Positions 9,335 to 18,798 of a stretch of 64,000 nucleotides of DNA are shown piece after piece; within the stretch, counting starts at the first letter, position 1; every line of letters starts with the position of its first letter. The DNA comes from a virus: the IMG/VR virus record IMGVR_UViG_3300005337_000001, positions 32,001-96,000 of that record. One strand, written 5' to 3'. The notes under the pieces were generated by a model. It was not told where the DNA came from. It did no database searches and saw nothing but the letters and a program-made list of their open reading frames with translations. The position numbers were made by a program, and so were the translations under genes.

Positions 9335-9955
9335 TCAGATGTCGCCGCATTGATTGCTGACGAACTTTGCTTTCACGCTCTTCCACGTCGTCACGCCATT
9401 GACCGTGTTCCAGCCCTCGAACCAGAAGCTCGAGTCCGCGCCGGTGTTTTGGCGGATGCGCGAGACGCCGTCGCTGAAAGTGGCGGTGCTTTGCAGACCG
9501 GTGAGGGCGCCAAGGCCGTAGAGCTCCATGACCTTCAGACCGTTCACGGTCCAGCGCGAGATGGCCACTGATTGCAAACCTCCCGGAGTCGATTCCTGTA
9601 GGAACTGAGTGTCGATCCGCCAGGTCGTCAGGCGACCAGCTGGCCATGCGCTGCAAGACAGGCCGCCGATCGTGCAAGCAGTCCCAAGGCGAACGACAGC
9701 GCCGCTCTGAGCCGCCCAGCTCAGCTTCGCCGGGCCGCCGAAGTTGGTCATCACGGCGGTAGAGAAGGACTCGGCGGGAGGACCGCTCCACAGGTTGAAG
9801 GTCGTGATGTACTGCGGATTCGGAGCGGCTCCGGACATGGTACCAACGGTGCCGGTCGCGATGGGAGGGCCTGAGCACGTGTAGTAGGCCGCTGCTGGCA
9901 ATGTAAACACCGTGACGAGAGTGAGGACGAGTAACGAGAGTAGCTTCTTCTTCAT
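9335..9955 (-). CDS. secreted/exported protein with signal peptide
   Basis: MKKKLLSLLVLTLVTVFTLPAAA: basic N-region, hydrophobic core, AxA cleavage site; 4 Cys. Confidence 0.7.
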   Translation of the reverse strand: MKKKLLSLLVLTLVTVFTLPAAAYYTCSGPPIATGTVGTMSGAAPNPQYITTFNLWSGPPAESFSTAVMTNFGGPAKLSWAAQSGAVVRLGTACTIGGLSCSAWPAGRLTTWRIDTQFLQESTPGGLQSVAISRWTVNGLKVMELYGLGALTGLQSTATFSDGVSRIRQNTGADSSFWFEGWNTVNGVTTWKSVKAKFVSNQCGDI

Positions 9956-10377
9956 TTGGTTTCGGTTCCTTGTAGTGGCGAGGGAACATCCCCCTTTGGT
10001 TGAGAATCTTTCGTAGGCTTGGGCTCGTTGGCACACAAGTGCGGGTGCTTCTTGCAGCTTTCACAGAAGGCAATGCGCACGATGTGGCCGGTGGGTGTGC
10101 CAAGGAAGGGATCGCGCCGGCGGAACCAGCCCTCGTAGTCCGCGGGGTTCGGACAGCCAGGGAATTCGCAGGGTATGGCCGGCGGCTCTGGCGCGCGCTT
10201 GTTCCACTTCGCAGCTGCGTGCTCCTGCATCTGCTCGTCCGTCGTCTCGAGGTTATCGCCGACCTCCTTGTCCGGGTTGGGGCCGAAGCCGCCGCAGCTG
10301 TCGCAGATGATGCAGCTGGTGTCGGGATCGAAGGTCAGATCGGTGCTGCCGCAGAACGGGCAGGGCTTGAGCGACAT
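9952..10377 (-). CDS. Lar-family restriction alleviation-like Zn-finger protein
   Basis: LKPCPFCG...CDSCG..GP...A..KWNKR signature. Confidence 0.7.
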   Translation of the reverse strand: MSLKPCPFCGSTDLTFDPDTSCIICDSCGGFGPNPDKEVGDNLETTDEQMQEHAAAKWNKRAPEPPAIPCEFPGCPNPADYEGWFRRRDPFLGTPTGHIVRIAFCESCKKHPHLCANEPKPTKDSQPKGDVPSPLQGTETK

Positions 10378-10593
10378 CTAGTGCACCTTCCTGGGCTTGC
10401 GCTTCCTCGGCTCAGGCATCTCTTCCAAGATGTCCTTTGCCATCTGGCGCAGCATCTTCTTGTCGCGCAGTGCGAACTTCACCTCGCCGTCGACAGTTGT
10501 CGCTGTGACCAAGAGCCACGACGCCTTCTTATCCTCGCAGATGAGATGGATCGAGCACTTCTGCGTCACAACGTGATGGCTTGCTTTGCTCAT
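10378..10593 (-). CDS. hypothetical protein
   Basis: SD AAGGA; tiled. Confidence 0.6.
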   Translation of the reverse strand: MSKASHHVVTQKCSIHLICEDKKASWLLVTATTVDGEVKFALRDKKMLRQMAKDILEEMPEPRKRKPRKVH

Positions 10594-10600
10594 GTTGTCC

Positions 10601-10825
10601 TTATTCCGTAGGCCAGCGGTTCCTGAAGAGGCGCCATGGCTCTGTGCGCAGACGCTTGTCGTACTCTTGCCTGATGCGCTTGGCCAAAGACGGCCCGATG
10701 TTCCAGCGGCTGTGCTCGAGCAGCTGAGCCGCTAGAAGGATCGACTGCTTCTGGCCGAGGCTGTAAGCCCACTTCATCGAGCAGATCCAGGCAACCACGA
10801 TGGCAAGCCACTCGTCCCAGCTCAT
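10601..10825 (-). CDS. small membrane protein
   Basis: N-terminal hydrophobic helix. Confidence 0.55.
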   Translation of the reverse strand: MSWDEWLAIVVAWICSMKWAYSLGQKQSILLAAQLLEHSRWNIGPSLAKRIRQEYDKRLRTEPWRLFRNRWPTE

Positions 10826-11226
10826 AGCGACAGCTCCTGCCAGCGCTTGCGCATGTGGTCCATGATCACCTCGGGTACGTTGTGCGTCGAAGGCCAGGCG
10901 CCTTTAGCCTCGTGGAAGGCGGTCACGAAGCCAAGGTCTCGGTAGGGTTGCATATCCTCGAGCGTGACGAAGGTGTTCGACACCACGACGCGCTTGCCGA
11001 TGTGCAGCATGACGCGCGTCGTCTCCAAGCACCAACGATGCGCAGCCGACGCTTTGGCCGTGTCGTAGACGTACTCGCCCAGTTTCATGTGATACATGTC
11101 GGCTTCAAGATGCATGTCGTATTGGCCGCAGTGCAGCAGCGCCAGAGCGGCGGTGGTCTTCCCAGAGCCTGGCAGACCACGAATGAGCAGCAGCGGCGCT
11201 TTCATAAATTCGAGCGGGTCGGTCAT
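10822..11226 (-). CDS. small P-loop kinase/ATPase (AAA_33-like)
   Basis: Walker A GLPGSGKTT; EAD.Y; AHRWC; VVVSNTF; HNVP...M..RW. Confidence 0.75.
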   Translation of the reverse strand: MTDPLEFMKAPLLLIRGLPGSGKTTAALALLHCGQYDMHLEADMYHMKLGEYVYDTAKASAAHRWCLETTRVMLHIGKRVVVSNTFVTLEDMQPYRDLGFVTAFHEAKGAWPSTHNVPEVIMDHMRKRWQELSL

Positions 11227-11229
11227 TGG

Positions 11230-11565
11230 TTACCTCATGAAGAACAGGTCGACGCGCTTGTCGTTGTACGCCCAAACCTCGACATGCTTCGCATCGCTAG
11301 AGCCTTCACGCTCCCACGCAGCAGCAACCCTGGCCCTAGAAATGACGGGCCTCAAGCCAGCTATGGTCAGTTCAAGCCGAGCGGACTCTACGTCCACGCG
11401 GTTCGAGCTGTGCGGAAACAAGATCAGGTCGAGGTCGTTGGTTGAATGCCCTTCGATGAGCACGCTGCCCATCAGCGCTACGTGGAAACCAACCTGCGTG
11501 AGCTTTGGCTCTAGCATGCGTATGAGCGCCAGCGCTTCTTCGAGAGACCAAGGACTTCGGCTCAT
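11230..11565 (-). CDS. minimal nucleotidyltransferase-fold protein
   Basis: hGS motif (ALMGSV) followed by NDLDL; distal RVDL. Confidence 0.65.
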   Translation of the reverse strand: MSRSPWSLEEALALIRMLEPKLTQVGFHVALMGSVLIEGHSTNDLDLILFPHSSNRVDVESARLELTIAGLRPVISRARVAAAWEREGSSDAKHVEVWAYNDKRVDLFFMR

Positions 11566-11942
11566 GCGTGCCCTTTAAGCAGCAGCATCTTGGTGAGTGA
11601 AATTTGGGTGTTGTGCAGGAGACCACGCAGGTTGCGAATAGCGGCCGCCGAGCTCGCTGAGTGAAGATGCGGCGTGAACTCTATCCCGCCGATGACAGCG
11701 GTAGCACGCCACCCCTCCTCTTCCTTGGCAATAACCACCGTAGAACCATCACGAGCTCGGCCCAACCAGGTCGGGTTGCCTTCGTAAGTTGTTCGTGTGC
11801 ATTCACCACCGAATGCACGAATCACGGCGGGCAGTTCATCAGTCAAAGCTGCGTACTGCGGACAGCTTTGATAGTGCTCGTGTGCCGAAGCCTGCGCTGT
11901 CGCCGGGCAATTGCAGTTACCAGGTCCTTCTTGCTCGCTCAT
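11562..11942 (-). CDS. hypothetical protein
   Basis: ATGA overlap. Confidence 0.55.
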   Translation of the reverse strand: MSEQEGPGNCNCPATAQASAHEHYQSCPQYAALTDELPAVIRAFGGECTRTTYEGNPTWLGRARDGSTVVIAKEEEGWRATAVIGGIEFTPHLHSASSAAAIRNLRGLLHNTQISLTKMLLLKGHA

Positions 11943-12169
11943 TCTTTCTGGACTTTCTTGATTGCTCGACCGTTGGTGTGCCCACACGATTCGCACGGCG
12001 CAATGACAAAGCTCGGGTCGTTGACGATGATGTCGACGATCCCTAACACGTTCTCGCGGCAGAATGGAGCCAGGTCTTGGCCGCCTTCCTTAGCTACCGC
12101 TTTCTTGATGAGCTCGTACTCCGCATCCGTGACGCTGAACGTGATGTAGCGCCGTGCTTTACCTGCCAT
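11939..12169 (-). CDS. ribbon-helix-helix/MobC-like DNA-binding protein with C-terminal CxxC
   Basis: ITFSVTDAEYELIKKA strand-helix pattern. Confidence 0.55.
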   Translation of the reverse strand: MAGKARRYITFSVTDAEYELIKKAVAKEGGQDLAPFCRENVLGIVDIIVNDPSFVIAPCESCGHTNGRAIKKVQKE

Positions 12170-12260
12170 GAAGTCACCTCTGAAGAACACGACACTTCAG
12201 CGTCGAACGTACGTACAAGCTCGAGTGCCGACTCGAACGTCCACATGTCCGGAGGTCCGC

Positions 12261-12712
12261 TCACTCGGCCTCTTCGTCGAACTCGATCGACACCCACTTC
12301 TTAGTCTCAGGGCAGCACACCAGGCTGTCGAGCAGTCGGATGCTAGCAGGGCGCAGGCTCGATACAAGCCAGCCGAGAAGTCGATGTCGTCGCTTGAAGG
12401 CGCTGGATTACCGCTCGGGTGGTTGTGGCCCACAACGATGGCGCGCGCATTGATCGCCAGGGCGCTGCGTAGTACATCCCCGGTCGTGAGGATCATTCCC
12501 GTCTGTGAACCACGAGCCACAGCCTCGAAGCCGATGATGCTGTTGCTGCCGCTGAGAAACACGACGTGCATCTCCTCATGAGGCAACCCTTTCAAGCTCT
12601 TCATAAAGAAGGCAGACGCATCGTCTGCTCCACCGATGGTGCGGTGAGAGCTCACCAGCTGCCCATCGCGCACCATCTTGCACTTGTACTTCTGAATCTT
12701 GTAGCTGGCCAT
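12261..12712 (-). pseudogene. radC: RadC-like JAB/MPN domain protein with a 1-nt frameshift near 12343
   Basis: EE.H..FL, HNHPSG..PS..D; expected GI.LLD tail (IRLLDSLV) lies in the shifted frame. Confidence 0.75.
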
Positions 12713-12724
12713 CAGGGCCTCCAC

Positions 12725-12943
12725 TTACGACACACGGTCAACGAACACCGTAGGCATCATGGCGGCGTATGTATTACCAACGCCGCGTAGTGTGGGATGC
12801 AAGATCTTCACTACAACCAAGTGCTCAATCGGCGCGTCCTGCTTAGTCATGGAGATGTGCTCGCCAACGCGAGGTAAGATCTCGGCGTCTTGTATCAAAT
12901 GAGACTGCTGCTTATGGTCAGTAGGCTGCAGCAAATAGTTCAT
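12725..12943 (-). CDS. hypothetical protein
   Basis: TGATG overlap with 12943 gene. Confidence 0.55.
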   Translation of the reverse strand: MNYLLQPTDHKQQSHLIQDAEILPRVGEHISMTKQDAPIEHLVVVKILHPTLRGVGNTYAAMMPTVFVDRVS

Positions 12944-15900
12944 CAGAAGTTCTCTCCTGGGCTCGCCACATCGGGGCCTGTTGGGATGTCTGGCTGTCCT
13001 GGTGAATCAGCGTCGTCGGAGCTGAACTCGAAGTCCTTTTCATCCTGGCTCGAGCCGATGAGCTTCTCACCGCCAGCAGAGCGGCGGTTGAACTTGCGCA
13101 CCGGCAGGTCTTCACGCGCGAGATTGCGCAGGCCGCTCATCAGCGTTCCCGAGTAGCTCACGCCGTCAACGTCCAGGTTGAAGAAGGTGCTGAACTGCCC
13201 TTCGATGAGCAGGTCGATTGCTCTGTCAGCTCCCTTTTGCCTGAATGTCCCCAGCAATGTGTCGACCGGCTCTTGCGCAGGCGCCTTGTAATTTGCGAGG
13301 GCGAACTCCAATGTGTCTTGGCCCACCACCGTTGGTACATGTAACTGTCCAAAGAGGTCTGCTCCATCCGTCGTGAGAACGGCAAGGAGCTTCTTCAGGT
13401 GGTTGTTGGCATCGTTTACCATCGACACAGTCGGATTCGCATTGGTGACGATGGGGTTCAGGAACCTGGCAAGGTCTCGGAAGTAGCTGGTCTGCTGCTC
13501 TGGTTGGGCAAGCCATGCGTCGAGCTCCTCTTTGAATTGGGTGTAGTTGGCCACCTGCACCACACGAATGCGGCCGAACGGATTGGGCACGCCGAAGTCG
13601 AACGACATGACGAACGTGCTCTCGATGAGCTCGAAGAGAGCAACCACACCGAGGGCGGGCTCGAGCCCAGTGATCGTGAACGTACGGCTCACCTCGTTGT
13701 ACTGTGCTTCGTACAATTGCACGCTGTCGCCAACGACGGCTCCTGTGGGGAACGTATCGAAGTGTAGCCAGTTGGTGAAGCCGCGCACAGGCACGCCTAC
13801 GTCTATCGGATCGAGGAAGTAGTTGGCTCCCAGGCTTGCGCCGGCGTTGTCCACGATGACCTCAGAGGCCAGGGTCGTGTCCCGTGAGGCGAACGTCACA
13901 TCTTCGGCGCCGAGCGAAGCGTTGAAGAAGATGGGTAGGTCACCGTCTTTGAAGCTGGTGAGCCCGCGCTCGAGCACTAGCTCGAATGAAGCGGTCGTCT
14001 TCACGCCCTGGTCTTCGCCCACCACATAGCGACCAGCATTTGAGCCGTCGTTCACCACGAGGATGTCGCCGAAGCCGAAGCTGATGTTGGCTCCAATTTC
14101 GAAGGTCACGTCGCCAGCTGTGATGGTAGTTGGGAACGTCACGTCGATGGTCGTGTCAGTGGCTGCGATGATGAAACCCTCTTTGCCTGCGTCAAGACCG
14201 AACGTGCTGCTGCGAAGCACCACAGGATCGTTGATGTCGATGTCCACACGCTGATCTTCAGATGCGATGTTGATGGTGACGGTGGTGCCTCCCACTGTGA
14301 TGGTCCCTGTGCCTGTAACTTTGGTGAACACCACGCGCGTGGGGTCTGTCGGCTCCGAGCGCGCTACGCCCACGTACTCGAAATCGTGGAACACCAGCTT
14401 GGCGGCGAGCTTGGAGGTCGAGCCGTTGATGTTGTCGACCACGGTGGTGGCCGGCACCGGCCTAGACCTGGCCGAAGCGCCAGGGAAGAAGCCGAGCACC
14501 GAGGCTGCTACATCCTCTTCGCCGCCCGTGCGGATGAGCTGAACCGTGCGGCGTTGCGCCAGGCTGCCGGACTCGTCGGTATCGCGCAGTCTCAGCGCGC
14601 GCGCCGCTGGTCCCACCGAGATCATGGCGCCAGGCAAGGGTACCGGCACCACCGGAGCCACACCCAAGGCGTCGATGAACTGCCCACCGGGGTCGACGGC
14701 TGTTACCACCCAGGTCGTACCATCGTTGGCTCCTTCATCGACGTCCACTTCATCACCCACCACGATGCCTAAGCCCGTGAGGGAGCCGCCGAGGATAGTG
14801 AAGCGCGCGTTGTTGCCGCCCAGGCTCGTAATAACGACGGGCGAGTTGTAGCGCACAGGGAAAAAGACCTCCTCGCACACCAGCGCAGAGGCGCCGAGCG
14901 CTGCGTTGATCTCAGAGGCCACCTGCGCCGCCGTGCGCAGCCCGTTCGTGAGCGTCACGGGGAATTGAGGCAGCCCCGTGTCCACGCTTCCGAAGCCGAT
15001 GAGCAGCGCGTCACGGTCAGGGTCGATTTGAAACGGCTCGGCGAGCACGGCGGTGAGCTCGGCGATGAAGCTGAGCGGCAGCGGGTAGTCGAATGGGGCT
15101 CCGCCATCCATGGCGAAGCGGATGAATTGGTTGGCGGCCAGGATTGGGTAGGGCCCAGAGCTCGAGGAGGCGCGCTCGGCCGGCGTTGCCGGGTGCTGGG
15201 CGTCGGCGAAAGCCTGCGCCTGACCCGAAGTGGTGATGAATTCGCTCGGGGCCTGCGCCGCCCCGTACTTTGCGACCAGAGGCTGCTGGGTGATGAGGTC
15301 GAGCGCCACAGCTCGGAGGTTGTCGAGCCGGGCGTTCTCGTCCAGCGCGCTCAACTCAGTGAAATGCTGGTCCAGCACATCCCTGGCCCTCGAGATCACG
15401 CCTTGGGCTGCCACACGCGGCAGGTTCAAGCTCCCAAAGTCGGCGATGGCGTTGCTCAAGAGCCCAGCGCGCCGGATGAGCTCGCTGTGCGCCTCGGCCA
15501 TCTGCCGCACCAGCGCTGGGATCTTCGCCCTAGCCCCGGAGGGGGTGTCTACGATAGCTGACCCGCCGCTCGAAGACGAGGATGAGGAGGCTGACTGGGC
15601 CTGCTTGATGTTGGGGCCCACGGTACCGAGGAAGCCGTCGAGGTTCTGGACGTAGCGCCGGTAGGCGGGGACTTTGGTGATGTCGGAGAAGCCATCGGTG
15701 CGTGAGGAGACTGCGGCCTCGAGCTCTTCAAGTGCGCTGCGGGCGTTGGCCAGAGGTGAAAGGTCGGAGATGGGCGTTACAAGGCGGTCTGTGGCGAAGA
15801 CTGCGTCGATGAGGGATGTAACGGTAGAGGCCTGGGTTAGAGCCAGGTCTTGGAGCTTACGAGCGCCGAGGAGGATGGTGTAGAAGGGCGCGTTGAACCA

Positions 15901-16050
15901 GAGGATGTAGACGCCGGCGGCAGCCTCTTGGATGTCGGAGAAGGATACGGAAATCTTCCGGTCCCCGAGAATACCCGTAGGATGTCGAACCGTTGAACGC
16001 ACGATTTTCTCGACGGCTGCTTGTACTTCTTCGGCGGTGTAGTTGCTCAT
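12943..16050 (-). CDS. large virion structural protein (tail/baseplate-like)
   Basis: 1035 aa; helical N- and C-termini; beta-rich core with VGD.V...G.N.G..V repeats. Confidence 0.65.
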   Translation of the reverse strand: MSNYTAEEVQAAVEKIVRSTVRHPTGILGDRKISVSFSDIQEAAAGVYILWFNAPFYTILLGARKLQDLALTQASTVTSLIDAVFATDRLVTPISDLSPLANARSALEELEAAVSSRTDGFSDITKVPAYRRYVQNLDGFLGTVGPNIKQAQSASSSSSSSGGSAIVDTPSGARAKIPALVRQMAEAHSELIRRAGLLSNAIADFGSLNLPRVAAQGVISRARDVLDQHFTELSALDENARLDNLRAVALDLITQQPLVAKYGAAQAPSEFITTSGQAQAFADAQHPATPAERASSSSGPYPILAANQFIRFAMDGGAPFDYPLPLSFIAELTAVLAEPFQIDPDRDALLIGFGSVDTGLPQFPVTLTNGLRTAAQVASEINAALGASALVCEEVFFPVRYNSPVVITSLGGNNARFTILGGSLTGLGIVVGDEVDVDEGANDGTTWVVTAVDPGGQFIDALGVAPVVPVPLPGAMISVGPAARALRLRDTDESGSLAQRRTVQLIRTGGEEDVAASVLGFFPGASARSRPVPATTVVDNINGSTSKLAAKLVFHDFEYVGVARSEPTDPTRVVFTKVTGTGTITVGGTTVTINIASEDQRVDIDINDPVVLRSSTFGLDAGKEGFIIAATDTTIDVTFPTTITAGDVTFEIGANISFGFGDILVVNDGSNAGRYVVGEDQGVKTTASFELVLERGLTSFKDGDLPIFFNASLGAEDVTFASRDTTLASEVIVDNAGASLGANYFLDPIDVGVPVRGFTNWLHFDTFPTGAVVGDSVQLYEAQYNEVSRTFTITGLEPALGVVALFELIESTFVMSFDFGVPNPFGRIRVVQVANYTQFKEELDAWLAQPEQQTSYFRDLARFLNPIVTNANPTVSMVNDANNHLKKLLAVLTTDGADLFGQLHVPTVVGQDTLEFALANYKAPAQEPVDTLLGTFRQKGADRAIDLLIEGQFSTFFNLDVDGVSYSGTLMSGLRNLAREDLPVRKFNRRSAGGEKLIGSSQDEKDFEFSSDDADSPGQPDIPTGPDVASPGENF

Positions 16051-16211
16051 TTGCTGTGATCTTTCAAGGTGATGAAGCTGTAGTTCTGCAGGTCCCGCTC
16101 GAAGTACTCCCTGAGCAGTGCTTTCAGCAAAATGTGACGTAGGGCACGTGCTAGCGGTGACATCGAGGTGCCGGCTACAAGCTGGCGTTCGGCGGGGGTG
16201 TACTCGCTCAT
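16047..16211 (-). CDS. small hypothetical protein (54 aa; not in ORF track)
   Basis: MSEYTPAERQLV...; ATGA overlap with 16050 start. Confidence 0.55.
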   Translation of the reverse strand: MSEYTPAERQLVAGTSMSPLARALRHILLKALLREYFERDLQNYSFITLKDHSK

Positions 16212-16220
16212 GTAGTTCCC

Positions 16221-16613
16221 TCAGAAAGGTAGAATGCGGATGCCTTTACCTTGCCACTTGCCGTACTTGGCCAGCACTTCTTCTTCGGTTTCCATCCCAT
16301 CTAAGTACCACTTGAGCGCCAGATGTTCGAAGTACCGCCAGAGTTCGGGCGGTGTGCCACGCTCTCCCCTGAATTGAATCTGCACACCACAGGGGAGGCC
16401 CTTGGCGAAGTTGCCGCTCACCAGCTCTTCTGGGATTGCAAAAACTATTCTGCCGTTACTGGGACGACGCCAAACCCTGCCTTGCATACCAGCTGGCAGA
16501 GGCAACGTTCCGTGGGTGTTGCGCAGGGTATAGATGCTGCCTTTTCGCTTCACGAAGTGGCTCGCTAGCGCCTCCTCCATGCCTTGCGCAATGTCGTCAG
16601 GTGCTGCGTTCAT
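16221..16613 (-). CDS. hypothetical protein with AxxMExAL motif
   Basis: IAQGMEEAL at N-terminus. Confidence 0.7.
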   Translation of the reverse strand: MNAAPDDIAQGMEEALASHFVKRKGSIYTLRNTHGTLPLPAGMQGRVWRRPSNGRIVFAIPEELVSGNFAKGLPCGVQIQFRGERGTPPELWRYFEHLALKWYLDGMETEEEVLAKYGKWQGKGIRILPF

Positions 16614-16846
16614 GTACTGGACACCTTCATGGCCTTCTTGAAAGCCTTGGACTTCAAGCAGCGCTTGCAGTTCACCTTGGATGAGGCCTTACGCACAGAG
16701 AGTACGGGACCGGCTTGGATGCCACAAGCTGTGCAGCCACCAGGGCCGAGGTGCGGGCGAAAGTGGGTGGCTTTGCCAGGCAGGTTGGGTATGGGTATGA
16801 GCCCAGGGACGAAGCCGGCGTACTCCTCGTTGAAGTGCTTGGTCAT
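16610..16846 (-). CDS. small Zn-finger protein
   Basis: H...TACG...VNCKRC. Confidence 0.65.
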   Translation of the reverse strand: MTKHFNEEYAGFVPGLIPIPNLPGKATHFRPHLGPGGCTACGIQAGPVLSVRKASSKVNCKRCLKSKAFKKAMKVSST

Positions 16847-17238
16847 GTACCGGGCTCTTTCACCAAGGTCAGCTTGCGAGGCTCTTCAACCAACACATCC
16901 ATGGGATCAGCCGTGCGTGTGACCGTGCCAGCAAACATGGCCAATGCGAAGGCCTCTGGGCGCATGGTTACCGTGCCCGTGCCTTGGCGCAGCGTCTTGC
17001 CACACAAAGCGCAGGGATATTCGCCGGGCACTCCGACGGTTTTCTCTTCAGACTCCTCGTTGAAGTGACTACGGCAGACGAAAAGCCAGGTTCGGTTGGT
17101 GTAGGCAGCGGCGAGGCCCGGGCCTTTGGCAGTGGGGTCTGCCATCCTGCTCGAGCCCCTCATGAGCAGCTCGTAGGCTGCCAGCTCTTCGCCTGTGTCA
17201 GCTTCGATGGTGCCATCGGGTAGCTTGCGAATGGTCAC
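16843..17238 (-). CDS. hypothetical Zn-binding protein
   Basis: GTGA overlap; C..H...CxxC. Confidence 0.6.
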   Translation of the reverse strand: MTIRKLPDGTIEADTGEELAAYELLMRGSSRMADPTAKGPGLAAAYTNRTWLFVCRSHFNEESEEKTVGVPGEYPCALCGKTLRQGTGTVTMRPEAFALAMFAGTVTRTADPMDVLVEEPRKLTLVKEPGT

Positions 17239-17645
17239 GTCGGTTCCCAGCCTTTCGTTCCTTCGGCTTTCATGTGATCGTAGACGCGGAGAAAAGCTAC
17301 ATCGAGGTCGAGCAGCGGCCCTTGCCAGTTCCACTCGGGGTCGTCAGCGGTCCACCACACCATCACGATGATTGGTATCTCCGGTGTGCGGTCTAGCACC
17401 ACGCGGTAGTCAAGCGCCCAGCCCGTTGCGAGCGACAGCTCGAGGTGCTTGTTGCGCGCTTCGATGAGCCAGCTCGCAGCTACCTGCGGGTCGTCGAACG
17501 CCAGGCAGGTGAGCTCGAAGCGTGCAGCTTTCCAGGCACGGACGTCTCCCGTCTCTTCGAGCGTGTAGATGGTAGCGCCGAGCTTCATGTCATAGACCGA
17601 CCAGAAGTTGGCTCGGCGCGGTTGGATGAGCGCGTTCATAGACAC
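17235..17645 (-). CDS. hypothetical protein
   Basis: tiled ORF. Confidence 0.65.
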   Translation of the reverse strand: MSMNALIQPRRANFWSVYDMKLGATIYTLEETGDVRAWKAARFELTCLAFDDPQVAASWLIEARNKHLELSLATGWALDYRVVLDRTPEIPIIVMVWWTADDPEWNWQGPLLDLDVAFLRVYDHMKAEGTKGWEPT

Positions 17646-17947
17646 ATGGGTTCTTCCTCGTAGACGTACTCTGCCGGGCCACGACGCCGGCGACAGATAG
17701 GGCCATGGAGATTGCCGTAGCGCCGCTGCAAAAACAGGAATACAGCGTCGGGGAAAGCGTGGCCGCCACCATGCTCATGCTCGAGCTCGCAGCGTTCACC
17801 GCCGCTCTCGAAGTAGGTGCACTGTGGTAGCGACGGTACATGGAGCACAGCAAACACACGGCCCTGCTCACAAACAGGGACAGCAGTCGCTACGCTGTGG
17901 AGCCGCACCGGCGGCTCAATAGGCAAGAGGCGGTAGCCGTAGCTCAC
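17636..17947 (-). CDS. Cys/His-rich hypothetical protein
   Basis: tiled ORF. Confidence 0.6.
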   Translation of the reverse strand: MSYGYRLLPIEPPVRLHSVATAVPVCEQGRVFAVLHVPSLPQCTYFESGGERCELEHEHGGGHAFPDAVFLFLQRRYGNLHGPICRRRRGPAEYVYEEEPMCL

Positions 17948-18186
17948 GTGCTCTCCTCAACCGGCAACTTGGCCAAGCAGGCTGGGCAGGTCACCTTCGC
18001 ATCGTCGAAGGTGTAGAGCGGGGTCTTGTCGGAAATGGGCGTGCCGTCCGACCAATCAGCGCGGTGCACGTCCTCAGGCAAGCCAGGGGGCTGGTTGTAA
18101 ACGTAGTACTCTTCCTCGGTGCAAAGCAGCGTCACGTAGGGCTGCGAGGCGTACTGACAGGCGTGAATGGGATCGGTAATGCTCAT
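17944..18186 (-). CDS. small Zn-finger protein
   Basis: HAC...C...VTCPAC. Confidence 0.65.
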   Translation of the reverse strand: MSITDPIHACQYASQPYVTLLCTEEEYYVYNQPPGLPEDVHRADWSDGTPISDKTPLYTFDDAKVTCPACLAKLPVEEST

Positions 18187-18422
18187 GCGAACCTCGGTGC
18201 TGAAAACTCGTTCGGTTGGAGACCGTCGCTAGCTGCTAGCGCATCTTCCATGCCCTGGGCCAGGAAAGCCTCGGACGCTCGGCATGCAGGGCAGTCAACA
18301 CGCTCGCGGTGGACAGAACGGTTGTGCATGTACGCGAAGAGCCCGCAACCAGTCTTGGTATCGTTGTAAGCCTTGTCGGTGGTCACGTCCAAGAAGTGGG
18401 TGTAGGTCAAGGTCAGGCTCAT
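18183..18422 (-). CDS. small Zn-finger protein with AxxMExAL motif
   Basis: TGCG...VDCPAC then LAQGMEDAL. Confidence 0.7.
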   Translation of the reverse strand: MSLTLTYTHFLDVTTDKAYNDTKTGCGLFAYMHNRSVHRERVDCPACRASEAFLAQGMEDALAASDGLQPNEFSAPRFA

Positions 18423-18610
18423 TTGACAGGCCCCGGAAAGTGCATGGCCAGCGCGCCCGGATCAACAAGGTCACCGTCGAGGCTGAACGTGCTCTTGTAC
18501 TTGGTGAAGCCACGCAGCGTGGACATTTCGATGCGCACCATGCCGGTGTGCTTGGCCAATAGCCGCAGGTCGCTGACTACCAGGGTCCAACCTTGCTCGG
18601 GCTGGCTCAT
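18419..18610 (-). CDS. hypothetical protein
   Basis: ATGA overlaps. Confidence 0.55.
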   Translation of the reverse strand: MSQPEQGWTLVVSDLRLLAKHTGMVRIEMSTLRGFTKYKSTFSLDGDLVDPGALAMHFPGPVK

Positions 18611-18798
18611 GTACTTGCCTTCATCAGTGCAATTTCACGTGGTGTAAAGGGGCCATGCTCGCTGTGTTTAGCCACAACTTCAATAGCGCTTGCGAGAGTG
18701 GATTCGTCGCCGTGCTTGAATAAGGCTTTGGCTACACCCAAGGCATGCTTCAGCCTGGGTGGAAGCTCAGGTTTTGGTGCTGGGCGATGCGTGCTCAT
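18607..18798 (-). CDS. hypothetical protein
   Basis: ATGA overlaps. Confidence 0.55.
   Translation of the reverse strand: MSTHRPAPKPELPPRLKHALGVAKALFKHGDESTLASAIEVVAKHSEHGPFTPREIALMKAST

Noticed and set aside
10527-10604. ATAAGA/ATAAGG at 10532-27 and 10604-599 as extra promoter copies
   Set aside because: No A-rich box 18 nt upstream; explained by coding sequence (EDKK) and an SD
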